This document shows positions 9,571 to 19,833 of a stretch of 64,000 nucleotides of DNA, piece by piece. A program made the position numbers and the translations under genes. The number at the start of each line of letters is the position of its first letter. Position 1 is the first letter of the stretch. The notes beneath the pieces are model-generated. The model did not search any database. It had not been told where the DNA came from and saw only the letters and a list, made by a program, of their open reading frames with translations. Where the stretch lies: positions 181,551 through 245,550 of the IMG/VR virus record IMGVR_UViG_3300032307_000369. One strand, given 5' to 3'.

Positions 9571-10662
9571 ATGTCTACAAGAGAAGTCATACGAACAACT
9601 GGTGATTGGCACGTACAAGCTACGCAAGACTTGCACCTAGAAACACAGTACCTAAATGGAAATAACGGTACTGTATATGTTTACGGTAATTTACTGGTTA
9701 GAGGTAATACTACCACTATTGAGTCAAATGACTTGTCCATTGGTGATAAAGTATTGATCTTAAACAAAGGCGAACCTGGAATAGCTGGCGGTACAGAAGC
9801 AGGTGTTAGTATAGACGGTATTTCAGGAATAAGCGTTAGCAGAGGCGGCCCAAACGACCCAGCAGAAAACGCCAACTGGTTTTTTAATCAAAATAAAAAT
9901 TGGAGCTACAATGGCACACTGACTAGTGGCATGTGGGAAGCTATTATTGGACCTCCAACTGGTGGTGTTGGAACACATTCAGGTGCAATACTAAACGCTA
10001 TTCGAACAGGCTCTGCAAATACTGATTTAAGTTTACTTGGCGCTGAAAACGCCAGTGCAGTAGTAACATTGAGCGGAGTTGTTAATTATACTCAACGCAT
10101 TGTATCTAGATCAAATCCAGATGATGTTCCAAACAAAGGTTATGTTGATTACGCTATTGAAGCACAGTTAGATAGAAGAAGAATTCAATTAAATTATAGA
10201 AATAATTTAGGCAACGTTGTACAAGTTTCCAATACGTTTGTGGAACTTACTGATGCAAATGTTCCTGGCTACGGCAGTCCTTCGTCAATACTTGAACCGC
10301 AATTACGCACAAGTATTGGTGGCAATCAATGGATTACTACATACAACAATAGAATTGTTGTTGGTGACATAAAGATTTTAGATTCAAATGAAATTACAAT
10401 GGACACAGCAAACTTGCCATTGGTACTTTCAACAAAACCTGGAGTATCAGCAACACTTAATCCTTCAGTAGAATTAAAAACTTCATTAAGCATGGTTATT
10501 GATACTACGTATTCAGAGCCTAATAATGAAGCTGGTAAAGTTAAACTTTATCCAGAACAAGAAGGTCCAGGGGGGACAGGCTTATATTTTGTAAATAGTG
10601 AAAACGTTAGAGACGAGCTAGTTAGTAAACGTCGTTCTTTCTTCGCTAGTCTAATGTTTTAA
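9571..10662 (+). CDS. Virion structural / fibre-associated protein
   Basis: Contains V.GNLLV.G.TTTI.S..L.I.D..L.LNKGE and DDVPNKGYVD fibre-type motifs; preceded by TAAATA at 9547-9552 and an AAGGA Shine-Dalgarno. Confidence 0.6.
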   Translation: MSTREVIRTTGDWHVQATQDLHLETQYLNGNNGTVYVYGNLLVRGNTTTIESNDLSIGDKVLILNKGEPGIAGGTEAGVSIDGISGISVSRGGPNDPAENANWFFNQNKNWSYNGTLTSGMWEAIIGPPTGGVGTHSGAILNAIRTGSANTDLSLLGAENASAVVTLSGVVNYTQRIVSRSNPDDVPNKGYVDYAIEAQLDRRRIQLNYRNNLGNVVQVSNTFVELTDANVPGYGSPSSILEPQLRTSIGGNQWITTYNNRIVVGDIKILDSNEITMDTANLPLVLSTKPGVSATLNPSVELKTSLSMVIDTTYSEPNNEAGKVKLYPEQEGPGGTGLYFVNSENVRDELVSKRRSFFASLMF

Positions 10663-10671
10663 GGATAAAAA

Positions 10672-10986
10672 ATGATTACAGCAATTAATTTAGCAAATAC
10701 TAATAATACCGAAGCGTTCCTTTCAGATGGAGAAAATGGTATAACAACTTTGATGATTTGCAATCATCACGCAACTACTTCTGCCGTAGTAAATGTTTGG
10801 GTAGTTCCTCAAGGACAAGTAGCAGGAAACGCTAATCAAATTTTAAAAAATTTAGTTATAGTAGCCAGTGATACGTTTGTTATGGACATGGAAAAATTAG
10901 TGTTAAGTGATGGCGATACCATAATGGCTCAAGCAGATGTTGCCGATGTTGTAAACACTGTTATTAGTAGCATGGCGGTAGCATAA
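10672..10986 (+). CDS. Small beta-rich virion protein (paralog of 19079-19408)
   Basis: Shares the I.N...KN..I...EKL.(L/V)...I.A.AD pattern with the 109-aa ORF at 19079. Confidence 0.6.
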   Translation: MITAINLANTNNTEAFLSDGENGITTLMICNHHATTSAVVNVWVVPQGQVAGNANQILKNLVIVASDTFVMDMEKLVLSDGDTIMAQADVADVVNTVISSMAVA

Positions 10987-11714
10987 TGAAATTTATCAAA
11001 CGTAAAAACATTGACACGTATCGTCCAAAAAGTCAACGATTTACTGTTGAAGTAGATGGTCGTGCAATTATTGACACAAATAAATCTTTAACAGTTCCTA
11101 TTGGATCAACCGCTGATAGACCTGCTACAGGTATCCCAGGTATGATAAGATACAATACTGACGATGAAGATTTTGAAGTTTTTACTGGTTATGGTACTTG
11201 GGGTTGGGAAAGGTTAAGAACAAATCGTCCAAGTGAAATCACTGTAAACAACATTGGTACAGGTTTAGGCGATGGCACTGTTTCAGGTGTGCAAGTTACA
11301 GTGGGCGGATCTGGTTATTCGTCAGCACCAACAATTACTTTCAGCGCACCAGATGTTGGTACAGATGTTGCCACTGGCACAGTGAATGTGAATGGTGGTC
11401 AAATTGAATCAATCACTATGACTAATGATGGTTCTGGATATATCACAGTACCAACAGTTACAATTGACGGCGCAAATCAAACAGCTACACTGACTGCAAT
11501 ATTAACAGGAACACAAAATTATCCTTTACCTGCAATACCTGTTGATGATTTAGGAGCACTCAGCGCAACCAACGTGCAGATATATGTAGAAAACGTATTT
11601 CAAATACCAGGAGTAAACTATACTTTGGTACAAGTTGGTCCCACTGCTTCAGTTAAATTTGACGCACCAGTACCATTTGGAAAACCAATATACGCTATAT
11701 TTGGATTTGATTAA
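10986..11714 (+). CDS. Virion structural protein with fibre connector motif
   Basis: PIGSTADRP...GMIRYNT...FEVF connector, GSGY..P repeats and a VENVFQIPG..Y motif. Confidence 0.6.
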   Translation: MKFIKRKNIDTYRPKSQRFTVEVDGRAIIDTNKSLTVPIGSTADRPATGIPGMIRYNTDDEDFEVFTGYGTWGWERLRTNRPSEITVNNIGTGLGDGTVSGVQVTVGGSGYSSAPTITFSAPDVGTDVATGTVNVNGGQIESITMTNDGSGYITVPTVTIDGANQTATLTAILTGTQNYPLPAIPVDDLGALSATNVQIYVENVFQIPGVNYTLVQVGPTASVKFDAPVPFGKPIYAIFGFD

Positions 11715-11746
11715 TCCAATAAATACTAGCATGATAGGAACATGCC

Positions 11747-14700
11747 ATGTCTAGTATTGGAAGAATAACAGGCCCTTTATTAAAAGATAACCTTTTAAGA
11801 AATGGTGTTGATCTTGCGTTTGAGACTGATTTAATATATCTCAATGTTAATGAAGATCGCATTGGTCTAAAAACAGATTCCCCAGCAAGAGAATTAGAAA
11901 TTGACAACTATGGTCAAACGACCAATCTAATAGTTGACGATAATATACACCTACCTAATATTGACATAGATAATGTTAGCAACATTACTACTTCAAATGG
12001 CATATTGTACTTAAATGCGGCTCAACAAATTAACGCAGTTGCACTTGCTGTTGATAATCTCAAAATAGATGCAAATAGACTTTCAACAAGACTTCCAAAT
12101 ACAGACTTAGAAATAAGACCAACTAGAAAATTAGTTATTAATACTAATACCTATGTTGATGCTGATCTACATGCTACAGGAAATATTACCTTTGATGGCA
12201 GTGTCATTTTTGGTAACGATGATACTGACAATGTTGTATTTGCTTCTGACATTAACAGCAGTGTATTTCCTAATATAACAAATGAATATGGCTTAGGCAA
12301 CTCAACGAATCAATGGAAAAAACTTTGGGCAAATTCAGTTAAAGGATCCACATTAACTGTTGATACAATGACTTCGCCTTCAGGAATTGACTTCCAATTG
12401 AGATTTACAAAATCATTATTTGTATCAGTAAACGGAAGTGATAGTAATGCAGGCAATCATCAAAATGCCCCATACGGCACAGTAAAACATGCACTGAGTC
12501 AAGCAACAGCGGGCGATACTATTTTTATTTTTCCTGGTGTATATGACGAGATCACTCCCTTAATAGTTCCTACTGGAGTTAACATTGTTGGCCTTGCCAT
12601 GCGTCAAACAATTATTACACCAGTTGAAGATACGTTGTTTAATGATGTTTTTTTATTAAATGGCGAAACTAGCATAGCAGATATTACTGTAAGAGGATTC
12701 TTATATAATAGTACTCTTAATACAGGTCACGCTTTTAGATTTGCGCCCAATTTTAAAGTAACTACTAGAAGTCCTTATATTCAAAATGTTTCAGTTATTA
12801 CTAGAGGCTCTTCAGTAACTGCTGGTGTTATTGAAATTTTGGATGGTGAATTTTCTAACAGTTATCTAGATCAGATTGCTGAAGGCGGCACATCATTTAC
12901 TGCAATCTTTGAGGCTTTGGCTAATGGCGGATTGTCTAATAATTCAGAAAGCTTTGATGCTAATGATATTTTAGGATTTAATGACGGCGATGCAGGACGA
13001 GGAGTCTACCTAGATGGCAGTGTCGCAGACCCAACAAGTAATGAAGCAAGTATGCTATTCCATTCTTGTACATTTATTACTCCCGGTGTAGATGCAGTAA
13101 CAATGACTAACGGCATTAGAGCTGAGTTGATCAATTGTTTTACATATTTTGCCAACAGAGGATTTTACGCAATACAACCTCCAGGTCCTACAGAGGAAAT
13201 TACAGTAGGACCGGCCTCTACATTATTTTCTTTCACTAGCGATAGTGTAACTTTATCTAAAGAATTTTATAGTCAAAATCTTGTAGATTCTTTAGTAGGT
13301 CAAACAGCAGTTATTGACAGGTATCCTAATCCTCCACTCATTTATACAGTTGTATCAATTGAAACAGAACCATCTTCACCAACACTATGGAGAATGACTG
13401 TTGATACAACTTTCAATTCAGCAGGACAACTTAAACCTATTAGCTTTTATCCAGATGCTGGATCAATAGAGCTGATTACTAATGATATTTGGGATACAAC
13501 AGGCAACTCAGTTGGCGAAAAATGGGTAGCTTGGTTTAAAACTAATTTACCTGTTAATTTTGAAACCACTGTACAACCTGGTTGGACGATCAATGTAGCC
13601 GGAACATTGTATATTGTTGATTACATAGTGCAAGATCCAGTCAATGCCAATCAATGGAGAATATATGTTACTACTTCTCTTGTTGGTGGTGTTGGAATTC
13701 CTATTTTTTCTTCACCATTTACTGTAACATCAGGTTCACTTGGTGCTGAAGTTCGAAGCATTGGTTCAGCTAACGTCTACGGTAATTATGGCGCAGTAGC
13801 AGATGGTACAGATACATTAATGTATCTAATTGGACATAATTTTGGTTATATAGGAAGTGGGTTAGACGCATCTAACGACAACACTTTAGCTATACAGGCT
13901 AACGAAACCGTAGAACTTAATACTGGTAAAATTTATTACACTAGTCAAGCACAAGACGGCGATTTTAGAGTTGGTGATCAATTCTACATTGATTTAGAAA
14001 ACGGCATTGTTTCTTTTGATACTTCAGGAATTTCCGCTAACGGTCCAAGTAGTTTAGCCATAGAAGGCACTAATTCTAGACTATTCATAGATGCTTCTAA
14101 AATTGAATTAGGAGATTTTAGACTTAGCGGCAACACTATTGAGACTCTGACTCAACCATTCAATTTACTAGCCGCTAACGGACAAACGACATTTGCTGAC
14201 AACGTCCAAGTTGGCAAAAATTTAGCTATAACTGGAGATTTGCAAACTGACGGGACTCTAACATTTGGTAATCAAACTCAAGACACAGTTACATTTAACA
14301 CTGACTTAAGTCAAAACTTAAACCCTAAAATCACTAACTCTTTTGATATAGGAGCAGTGGGTAAGATTTGGCGTGACATTTATATTGCCAATATTAAGAC
14401 ACAAGATATCAACATTGGTAGTAATAGAATAGAAACTACATTGACTGATAGTAATCTTTTATTATCAGGTAATGATACTGGAAACACTAGATTAGAGGGA
14501 ATATTATTTGGCAACAACAGTATAACTTCTACAGTGCTTAACAGTAATATAGTGCTGGCTCCATCTAGTAATTCCAACCTAGTTATCGCTAGTAGTACAG
14601 CATTTCGTGTTCCTAGAACCACTGTTACATTAAACAGAATGGGCGAGGTACGATTCAATACAGCAACTGGGTTGTTTGATGGATTTAGTACAGCATTAGT

Positions 14701-15229
14701 TGGATTTGGTGGTGTATATTCTGCTGATAGACAAACAAGTCTACTGGCTCATCCAACAAATAACACCATAATATTTAGGGCAGATAACGTTGCTACAACT
14801 GTGATTGATTCTACAGGATTGACAACAAATGCACTTCACAGCGATGGCCTACAACTTAATAATAACACAATAACTGCTATTGGGACAAATGATCTTGTCT
14901 TAGTAGCAGATAGTGTAAACGTACAAAATCTTACCATAAACGACAACACCATAAGTCCTAGTACACCAAATACTAATTTAGAATTAGGAACTACTGGAAA
15001 TGCTGGCTACATACAATTTACTGGAACCGGGGCATTAGAGTTTCCTGTAGGCGATAATGCAAGTAGACCATCTTCTCCTGTAGTTGGAAATACTAGATTC
15101 AATCCTGAAGTTCAATACACGGAAGTTTGGAGTGGAACTGCATGGATTCCAGTGACTGGTGTTGGTGAACTTTCCACGTTTGAATACGCTAACGAACAGA
15201 CTACTCTTTGGTCTATCATCTTAGGTTAA
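11747..15229 (+). CDS. Large fibre / virion protein with beta-helix-like domain (paralog A)
   Basis: 1160 aa; N-terminus GRITGPLLKDNLLRNGVDLAFETDL is nearly identical to that of the next gene; FVSVNGSD..G...P..TVKHAL and RSPYIQNVS motifs; TAAATA at 11720-11725. Confidence 0.75.
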   Translation: MSSIGRITGPLLKDNLLRNGVDLAFETDLIYLNVNEDRIGLKTDSPARELEIDNYGQTTNLIVDDNIHLPNIDIDNVSNITTSNGILYLNAAQQINAVALAVDNLKIDANRLSTRLPNTDLEIRPTRKLVINTNTYVDADLHATGNITFDGSVIFGNDDTDNVVFASDINSSVFPNITNEYGLGNSTNQWKKLWANSVKGSTLTVDTMTSPSGIDFQLRFTKSLFVSVNGSDSNAGNHQNAPYGTVKHALSQATAGDTIFIFPGVYDEITPLIVPTGVNIVGLAMRQTIITPVEDTLFNDVFLLNGETSIADITVRGFLYNSTLNTGHAFRFAPNFKVTTRSPYIQNVSVITRGSSVTAGVIEILDGEFSNSYLDQIAEGGTSFTAIFEALANGGLSNNSESFDANDILGFNDGDAGRGVYLDGSVADPTSNEASMLFHSCTFITPGVDAVTMTNGIRAELINCFTYFANRGFYAIQPPGPTEEITVGPASTLFSFTSDSVTLSKEFYSQNLVDSLVGQTAVIDRYPNPPLIYTVVSIETEPSSPTLWRMTVDTTFNSAGQLKPISFYPDAGSIELITNDIWDTTGNSVGEKWVAWFKTNLPVNFETTVQPGWTINVAGTLYIVDYIVQDPVNANQWRIYVTTSLVGGVGIPIFSSPFTVTSGSLGAEVRSIGSANVYGNYGAVADGTDTLMYLIGHNFGYIGSGLDASNDNTLAIQANETVELNTGKIYYTSQAQDGDFRVGDQFYIDLENGIVSFDTSGISANGPSSLAIEGTNSRLFIDASKIELGDFRLSGNTIETLTQPFNLLAANGQTTFADNVQVGKNLAITGDLQTDGTLTFGNQTQDTVTFNTDLSQNLNPKITNSFDIGAVGKIWRDIYIANIKTQDINIGSNRIETTLTDSNLLLSGNDTGNTRLEGILFGNNSITSTVLNSNIVLAPSSNSNLVIASSTAFRVPRTTVTLNRMGEVRFNTATGLFDGFSTALVGFGGVYSADRQTSLLAHPTNNTIIFRADNVATTVIDSTGLTTNALHSDGLQLNNNTITAIGTNDLVLVADSVNVQNLTINDNTISPSTPNTNLELGTTGNAGYIQFTGTGALEFPVGDNASRPSSPVVGNTRFNPEVQYTEVWSGTAWIPVTGVGELSTFEYANEQTTLWSIILG

Positions 15230-15242
15230 TTTCAAAAGCAAC

Positions 15243-15349
15243 TAAATAATAGTACTGCAAACAATGACCAATTGTTTGCGAAATCATACTGTGGTAAACC
15301 CGCAATGCAAGGTGGTTAACCGTGAAACACGGGGTACAAGGAGTGAACG
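15243..15349 (+). promoter_or_regulatory. Late promoter plus structured 5' leader
   Basis: TAAATA at 15243-15248; hairpin GCAAACAAT/ATTGTTTGC at 15257-15279; GTGGTWAACC at 15291 and 15312; hairpin CCGTG-AAA-CACGG at 15320-15332; AAGGAG Shine-Dalgarno. Confidence 0.5.
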
Positions 15350-18300
15350 ATGGCTGTTGGTCGAATTTCCGGTCCGCTCTTAAAGGCAAATCTGCTTCGT
15401 AACGGAGTTGATCTGGCTTTTGAGACAGACCTATTATACTTAGATGTTAACAATCTCCGAGTTGGTGTTAAGACTAACAACCCTAGCCACGATTTACACG
15501 TAAACGGTACCACAAGAACAACTACATTAGAAGTAACTGACCAATTAGACATTGGTGAAATCACTGTTACTAACAATACAATTAGCACAACTGCTAGTCA
15601 ATTGACTTTGAATCCTGCAGGATTAAATCCTGTAGTTTATCAGCAAAAAATTGTCATTGATGATTTAGACATTGAAAATAATTCCATAACGGCCAACATA
15701 GCTGATACTGATATTGAGCTGACTGCTAGTGGAACTGGACGTGTAACAGTATTTTCAGACACGCTGATTAACGGTAATTTACACGCAACTGGAACAATCA
15801 CTGCTGACGGTGACATCCAATTGGGCGACGCTAATACTGACAACGTTGTTTTCAATGCTGACATTGACAGTGACTTTATTCCTAATCTAAATATACAGTA
15901 TGATTTGGGATCAACATCAAAACGTTGGAAAGATTTATGGGCAAATGACATTCAGGTTGCCAATTTAGACATTTCAAATACGTTTTTACTTAATGGCGTA
16001 GATCTAACTCTTCGTCCAGGAAATACATTTTTTGTTTCAGAAAATGGCAACAACACACGTACTGGAACTCATCAAAACGATCCGTTTGCAACAGTGGCAC
16101 ATGCATTAAGCGTGGCGCAAGCTGGGGACGTAGTTTATATATATGCTGGAACATATACTGAAACAACACCATTAACAGTGCCTGCAGGAGTTACAATTAA
16201 GGGAGCAGGTCTACGCTCAGTGACTATACAGCCAGCAGTTGGCACCATTAGTAATGACGTCTTCTTACTAAATGGCGAAACTACAATTGAGGATCTAACT
16301 GTTACAGGGTTTAGATATAATAGTGTAGCAAATACTGGTCATGCTTTTAGATTTGCAAACAATTTTACAGTAACATCAAGAAGCCCTTATGTTAGAAACA
16401 TAAGTGTAATTACAACTGGCTCTACTACTTCAGTTAGCGATCCAAGAGGATTTAACAGCGGTAATGCTGGCCGAGGGGCCTACTTAGATGGTAGTGTTGC
16501 CACTGCGCAAAGCAGAGAAGCCGCAATGCTATTCCATAGTGCAACTTTTATTACACCTGGAGTGGATGCCATTACAGCAACCAATGGTGTACGAGTTGAA
16601 TGGCTAAACAGCTTTACATATTTTGCTAACAGAGGATTCGTAGGCCTAAGCGGTTCAACAGGATTTGCTGGATCTGGAAAAACTGAATTAAGAGTTAGTG
16701 GAGTTACTGGCACACTTGCAGTTGGACAAACATTAACTTATTATTCAACATTTCCAACCGTACTAGCAAGCGGTGTAATTAGCAGTATAGCAAGTGATGG
16801 AAAACTTACTCTAACTGGAAAAGTAACTGGTTTACAAACAGCAGTAGAGCGTGGCGGTAAAACAATAACAGCCAACGGAAATGCTAAACTTAGCACTGTA
16901 CAGAAGAAATTTGGTACAGCTAGTCTACTACTAGACGGCACTGGTGACTATGCTACTGTACTTAGTACAGACGATTTTGCTTTTGGCACATCTGATTTTT
17001 GTTTAGAAGCATGGGTTTATCCTACTAGCACTGGTGCTTATAGAACTTTATTTGATATGAGAACAGCCTCTCCATCAGACGGGGGCGGAATTATTTTAGG
17101 TATAACTGATGCTAATCAATTATATTTTTATCATAATTTTAATTTTAGAATTGGACCAGTAGGAACTATATCACAGAACACTTGGACACACGTTGCATTA
17201 TCAAGAGTTTCTGGAAACACGCGAGCATTTATCAACGGTACCCAAGTGGGATCAACCTATGTAGACACAAATAACTATACTATTAAACCAGTAAGGGTTG
17301 GTGCAGATCCAAATGGAAACTTTGCATTTGCTGGATATATAGATGATTTACGCATCAGTAAAGGAGCTGGAAGATATTCTACAAACTTTACAGCACCAAT
17401 CAGTAGATTACCTAATGATCAAAATACTGTTTTATTAAGTAGATTTGATGGTTCAGATAATAGCACAGTGTTTATAGATGAAACTGTGTTGATACAAGAT
17501 ATTAGAAGTAGTGGTGGTGCAACAGCGACCTCTATTACATTAGTTGACTATAGTGACTTTGGTGTAGAAGTTCGTAGTATTGGATCAGCTAACATTTACG
17601 GTAACTTTGGCGCAGTAGGTGACGGGGTTGGAGTAATAATGTATCTAATAGGTCATAACATGGCCTACATTGGTACTGGGTTGCGTAGCGACAACGATGT
17701 CACGTATGTTATACAAGCCAATGAAGTTGTTGAATCAAACGGCGCAAAAATTTATTACAGCAGTGTTGATCATAAAGGTGATTTCCGTGTTGGCGATCTT
17801 TTCTACGTTAATCAACAAACTGGTGAAGTTACATTTACTTCTGCTAATTTTAATATTAATAGTGCGGGCGGACTTACTTTTACTAGCGGCTCAAATGTTA
17901 CCTATATTGATGGTAATGAGATTGACACTGGCAACTTAAAATTAAGCGGTAACACTTTAGAATCTGTTGTTGGACCGTTAAATCTTGTTGCAGCCAACGA
18001 TCAAATCAATTTATTAAACAACGTATCAGTAACAGGTAATTTAGATGTAGTTGGTAATGTTACAATTGGTGGTAACATTATTATTGGTGATGAGATTACT
18101 GACAGTATTAATTTTGTTGCAGGAATCAACAGCAATCTAATACCAAATATCACCAATACCTATGATATTGGCACTAATGATTTACGTTGGAAAGATTTAT
18201 ACGCAAATAGAACATTGGTTGGCAATATTAGTATTACTGGCAACCAAATAACCACTACTAATACCAACGGAAATTTAGAACTAGTTGCAAACGGAACTGG

Positions 18301-19075
18301 TCATGTTGCACTTGAAGGATTCATAGTACAAGAAAATCAAATCAGTACCACTACTGGCGATATGACTCTACAGCCAAGCGGCACTGGCGTAGTTGACATT
18401 GCATCTACAAAGAGTGTAGTTATTCCTGTTGGTACAGAAATTGAGAGACCTAGCGTACCACAAACTGGTATGATTCGTTTTAACACTACGATGGGAAGAT
18501 TTGAAGGATACAACGGAACAACTTGGGTATTCTTAGATGGTGTAACTGACTTAGATGGAAACACTAGAGTAACGGCAGAACTAACTCCAGGAGCAAATGA
18601 CGACACAATACGTTTTTATACTAACGGTGTAGTGGTCGCTGATTTAAACTCCACTAGACTGAATGTGTCTAAAGTTGTAGTTGATGATATTGAACTAAAT
18701 GGTTCATCCATTACCAATACAGCTGGCGGTAATTTGTCATTACAAACTGCTGGTTCTGGTAATGTAGTAGTTGAAAACTTTACCGTTAATGGTAGTGCTA
18801 TTACAAATACAGTATCAAACGCAGTTACAACACTTACATCTACAGGCACTGGTTACGTTAGAATTGCTGGTCAGGGCGGATTTGTTGTACCTTCTGGTAT
18901 ACAATCATTTAGACCAACATTGCCTGTTACTGGCATGATGAGATTTGATACACAGCTAGGTCGTATGGAAGTTTATGACGGCGCTGACTGGATTTCAGTT
19001 GCTGGTGCGGCAACTGGTGTAACAAGAGCAGAAGTAGAAGATTTAGCATTGCAATATGCAATTGCATTAGGATAA
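15350..19075 (+). CDS. Large fibre / virion protein with beta-helix-like and LamG/ConA-like domains (paralog B)
   Basis: 1241 aa; LamG-type motifs KFGTASLLLDG, DFCLEAWVYP, WTHVALSR and GYIDDLRISKG; two PxG...RP/G..RF.T connectors. Confidence 0.8.
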   Translation: MAVGRISGPLLKANLLRNGVDLAFETDLLYLDVNNLRVGVKTNNPSHDLHVNGTTRTTTLEVTDQLDIGEITVTNNTISTTASQLTLNPAGLNPVVYQQKIVIDDLDIENNSITANIADTDIELTASGTGRVTVFSDTLINGNLHATGTITADGDIQLGDANTDNVVFNADIDSDFIPNLNIQYDLGSTSKRWKDLWANDIQVANLDISNTFLLNGVDLTLRPGNTFFVSENGNNTRTGTHQNDPFATVAHALSVAQAGDVVYIYAGTYTETTPLTVPAGVTIKGAGLRSVTIQPAVGTISNDVFLLNGETTIEDLTVTGFRYNSVANTGHAFRFANNFTVTSRSPYVRNISVITTGSTTSVSDPRGFNSGNAGRGAYLDGSVATAQSREAAMLFHSATFITPGVDAITATNGVRVEWLNSFTYFANRGFVGLSGSTGFAGSGKTELRVSGVTGTLAVGQTLTYYSTFPTVLASGVISSIASDGKLTLTGKVTGLQTAVERGGKTITANGNAKLSTVQKKFGTASLLLDGTGDYATVLSTDDFAFGTSDFCLEAWVYPTSTGAYRTLFDMRTASPSDGGGIILGITDANQLYFYHNFNFRIGPVGTISQNTWTHVALSRVSGNTRAFINGTQVGSTYVDTNNYTIKPVRVGADPNGNFAFAGYIDDLRISKGAGRYSTNFTAPISRLPNDQNTVLLSRFDGSDNSTVFIDETVLIQDIRSSGGATATSITLVDYSDFGVEVRSIGSANIYGNFGAVGDGVGVIMYLIGHNMAYIGTGLRSDNDVTYVIQANEVVESNGAKIYYSSVDHKGDFRVGDLFYVNQQTGEVTFTSANFNINSAGGLTFTSGSNVTYIDGNEIDTGNLKLSGNTLESVVGPLNLVAANDQINLLNNVSVTGNLDVVGNVTIGGNIIIGDEITDSINFVAGINSNLIPNITNTYDIGTNDLRWKDLYANRTLVGNISITGNQITTTNTNGNLELVANGTGHVALEGFIVQENQISTTTGDMTLQPSGTGVVDIASTKSVVIPVGTEIERPSVPQTGMIRFNTTMGRFEGYNGTTWVFLDGVTDLDGNTRVTAELTPGANDDTIRFYTNGVVVADLNSTRLNVSKVVVDDIELNGSSITNTAGGNLSLQTAGSGNVVVENFTVNGSAITNTVSNAVTTLTSTGTGYVRIAGQGGFVVPSGIQSFRPTLPVTGMMRFDTQLGRMEVYDGADWISVAGAATGVTRAEVEDLALQYAIALG

Positions 19076-19078
19076 AAC

Positions 19079-19408
19079 ATGGCAACGAATTTTAAGAACA
19101 AAGTATTAGCAGATGTGGGAACAACTCCACAAGTGTTAGTGACTGCTGGATTGACCGCCAAGATTACAGTAATTGGATTGAGTATTACCAATACTACTGA
19201 CGGGGTTGTACTAGCATCATTACAATTAACAGACGATCTTGGAACTAGCGGATATTTTATTAGAAATGTACCAATTCCACCTAACCAAAGTTTACGTGTA
19301 ATCAATGGTGGTGAAAAATTAATTGTGGCACCATCTAATATTTTAACAGCGGTAGCAGATCAAGACACAAGTCTTGATATCATTGCTAGTTTTGTTGAAA
19401 TTACATAA
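19079..19408 (+). CDS. Small beta-rich virion protein
   Basis: Paralog of 10672-10986; tightly coupled to the upstream gene. Confidence 0.6.
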   Translation: MATNFKNKVLADVGTTPQVLVTAGLTAKITVIGLSITNTTDGVVLASLQLTDDLGTSGYFIRNVPIPPNQSLRVINGGEKLIVAPSNILTAVADQDTSLDIIASFVEIT

Positions 19409-19419
19409 GGAATAATTTT

Positions 19420-19785
19420 ATGGCACAAATTAGTATAGGCAATTGGGGTGGGGATAGTCCGTTAGGACCATCAGAACAAAGATATTTCTATGCGCTACGC
19501 ACTGATGAAGAAGGCAATTTGTATTTTACTAGAATAGATCAATGGACTAGTAAAGACAGTGTTCAAATAAACAGACCTGGCGACGGAGATGATGATTTTG
19601 AAGGATTTGAAATTGGTATTGATCACTTTGACGGTAAGGATCCGGACACGCACGAACGACCTTATCCTAATTTAGTTTACGATCAATATAGATTTGACAG
19701 TAAATCGATATACTACTACCTAAACGAAGATGGTGAATTAGTAGTTAGAATTAATAAGACTTACACTTATCCCAGTGATGTGTAA
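19420..19785 (+). CDS. Hypothetical acidic protein in the fibre operon
   Basis: AAGGA Shine-Dalgarno; internal repeat Y..R.DEEGNL / YYLNEDGEL. Confidence 0.65.
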   Translation: MAQISIGNWGGDSPLGPSEQRYFYALRTDEEGNLYFTRIDQWTSKDSVQINRPGDGDDDFEGFEIGIDHFDGKDPDTHERPYPNLVYDQYRFDSKSIYYYLNEDGELVVRINKTYTYPSDV

Positions 19786-19787
19786 GA

Positions 19788-19795
19788 TATAAATA
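19788..19795 (+). promoter_or_regulatory. T4-type late promoter TATAAATA
   Basis: Exact T4 late consensus, 38 nt upstream of the giant fibre ATG. Confidence 0.7.
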
Positions 19796-19833
19796 TAGTA
19801 ACACATTTTTAGAATGGATAAAAAGGAATAAAA

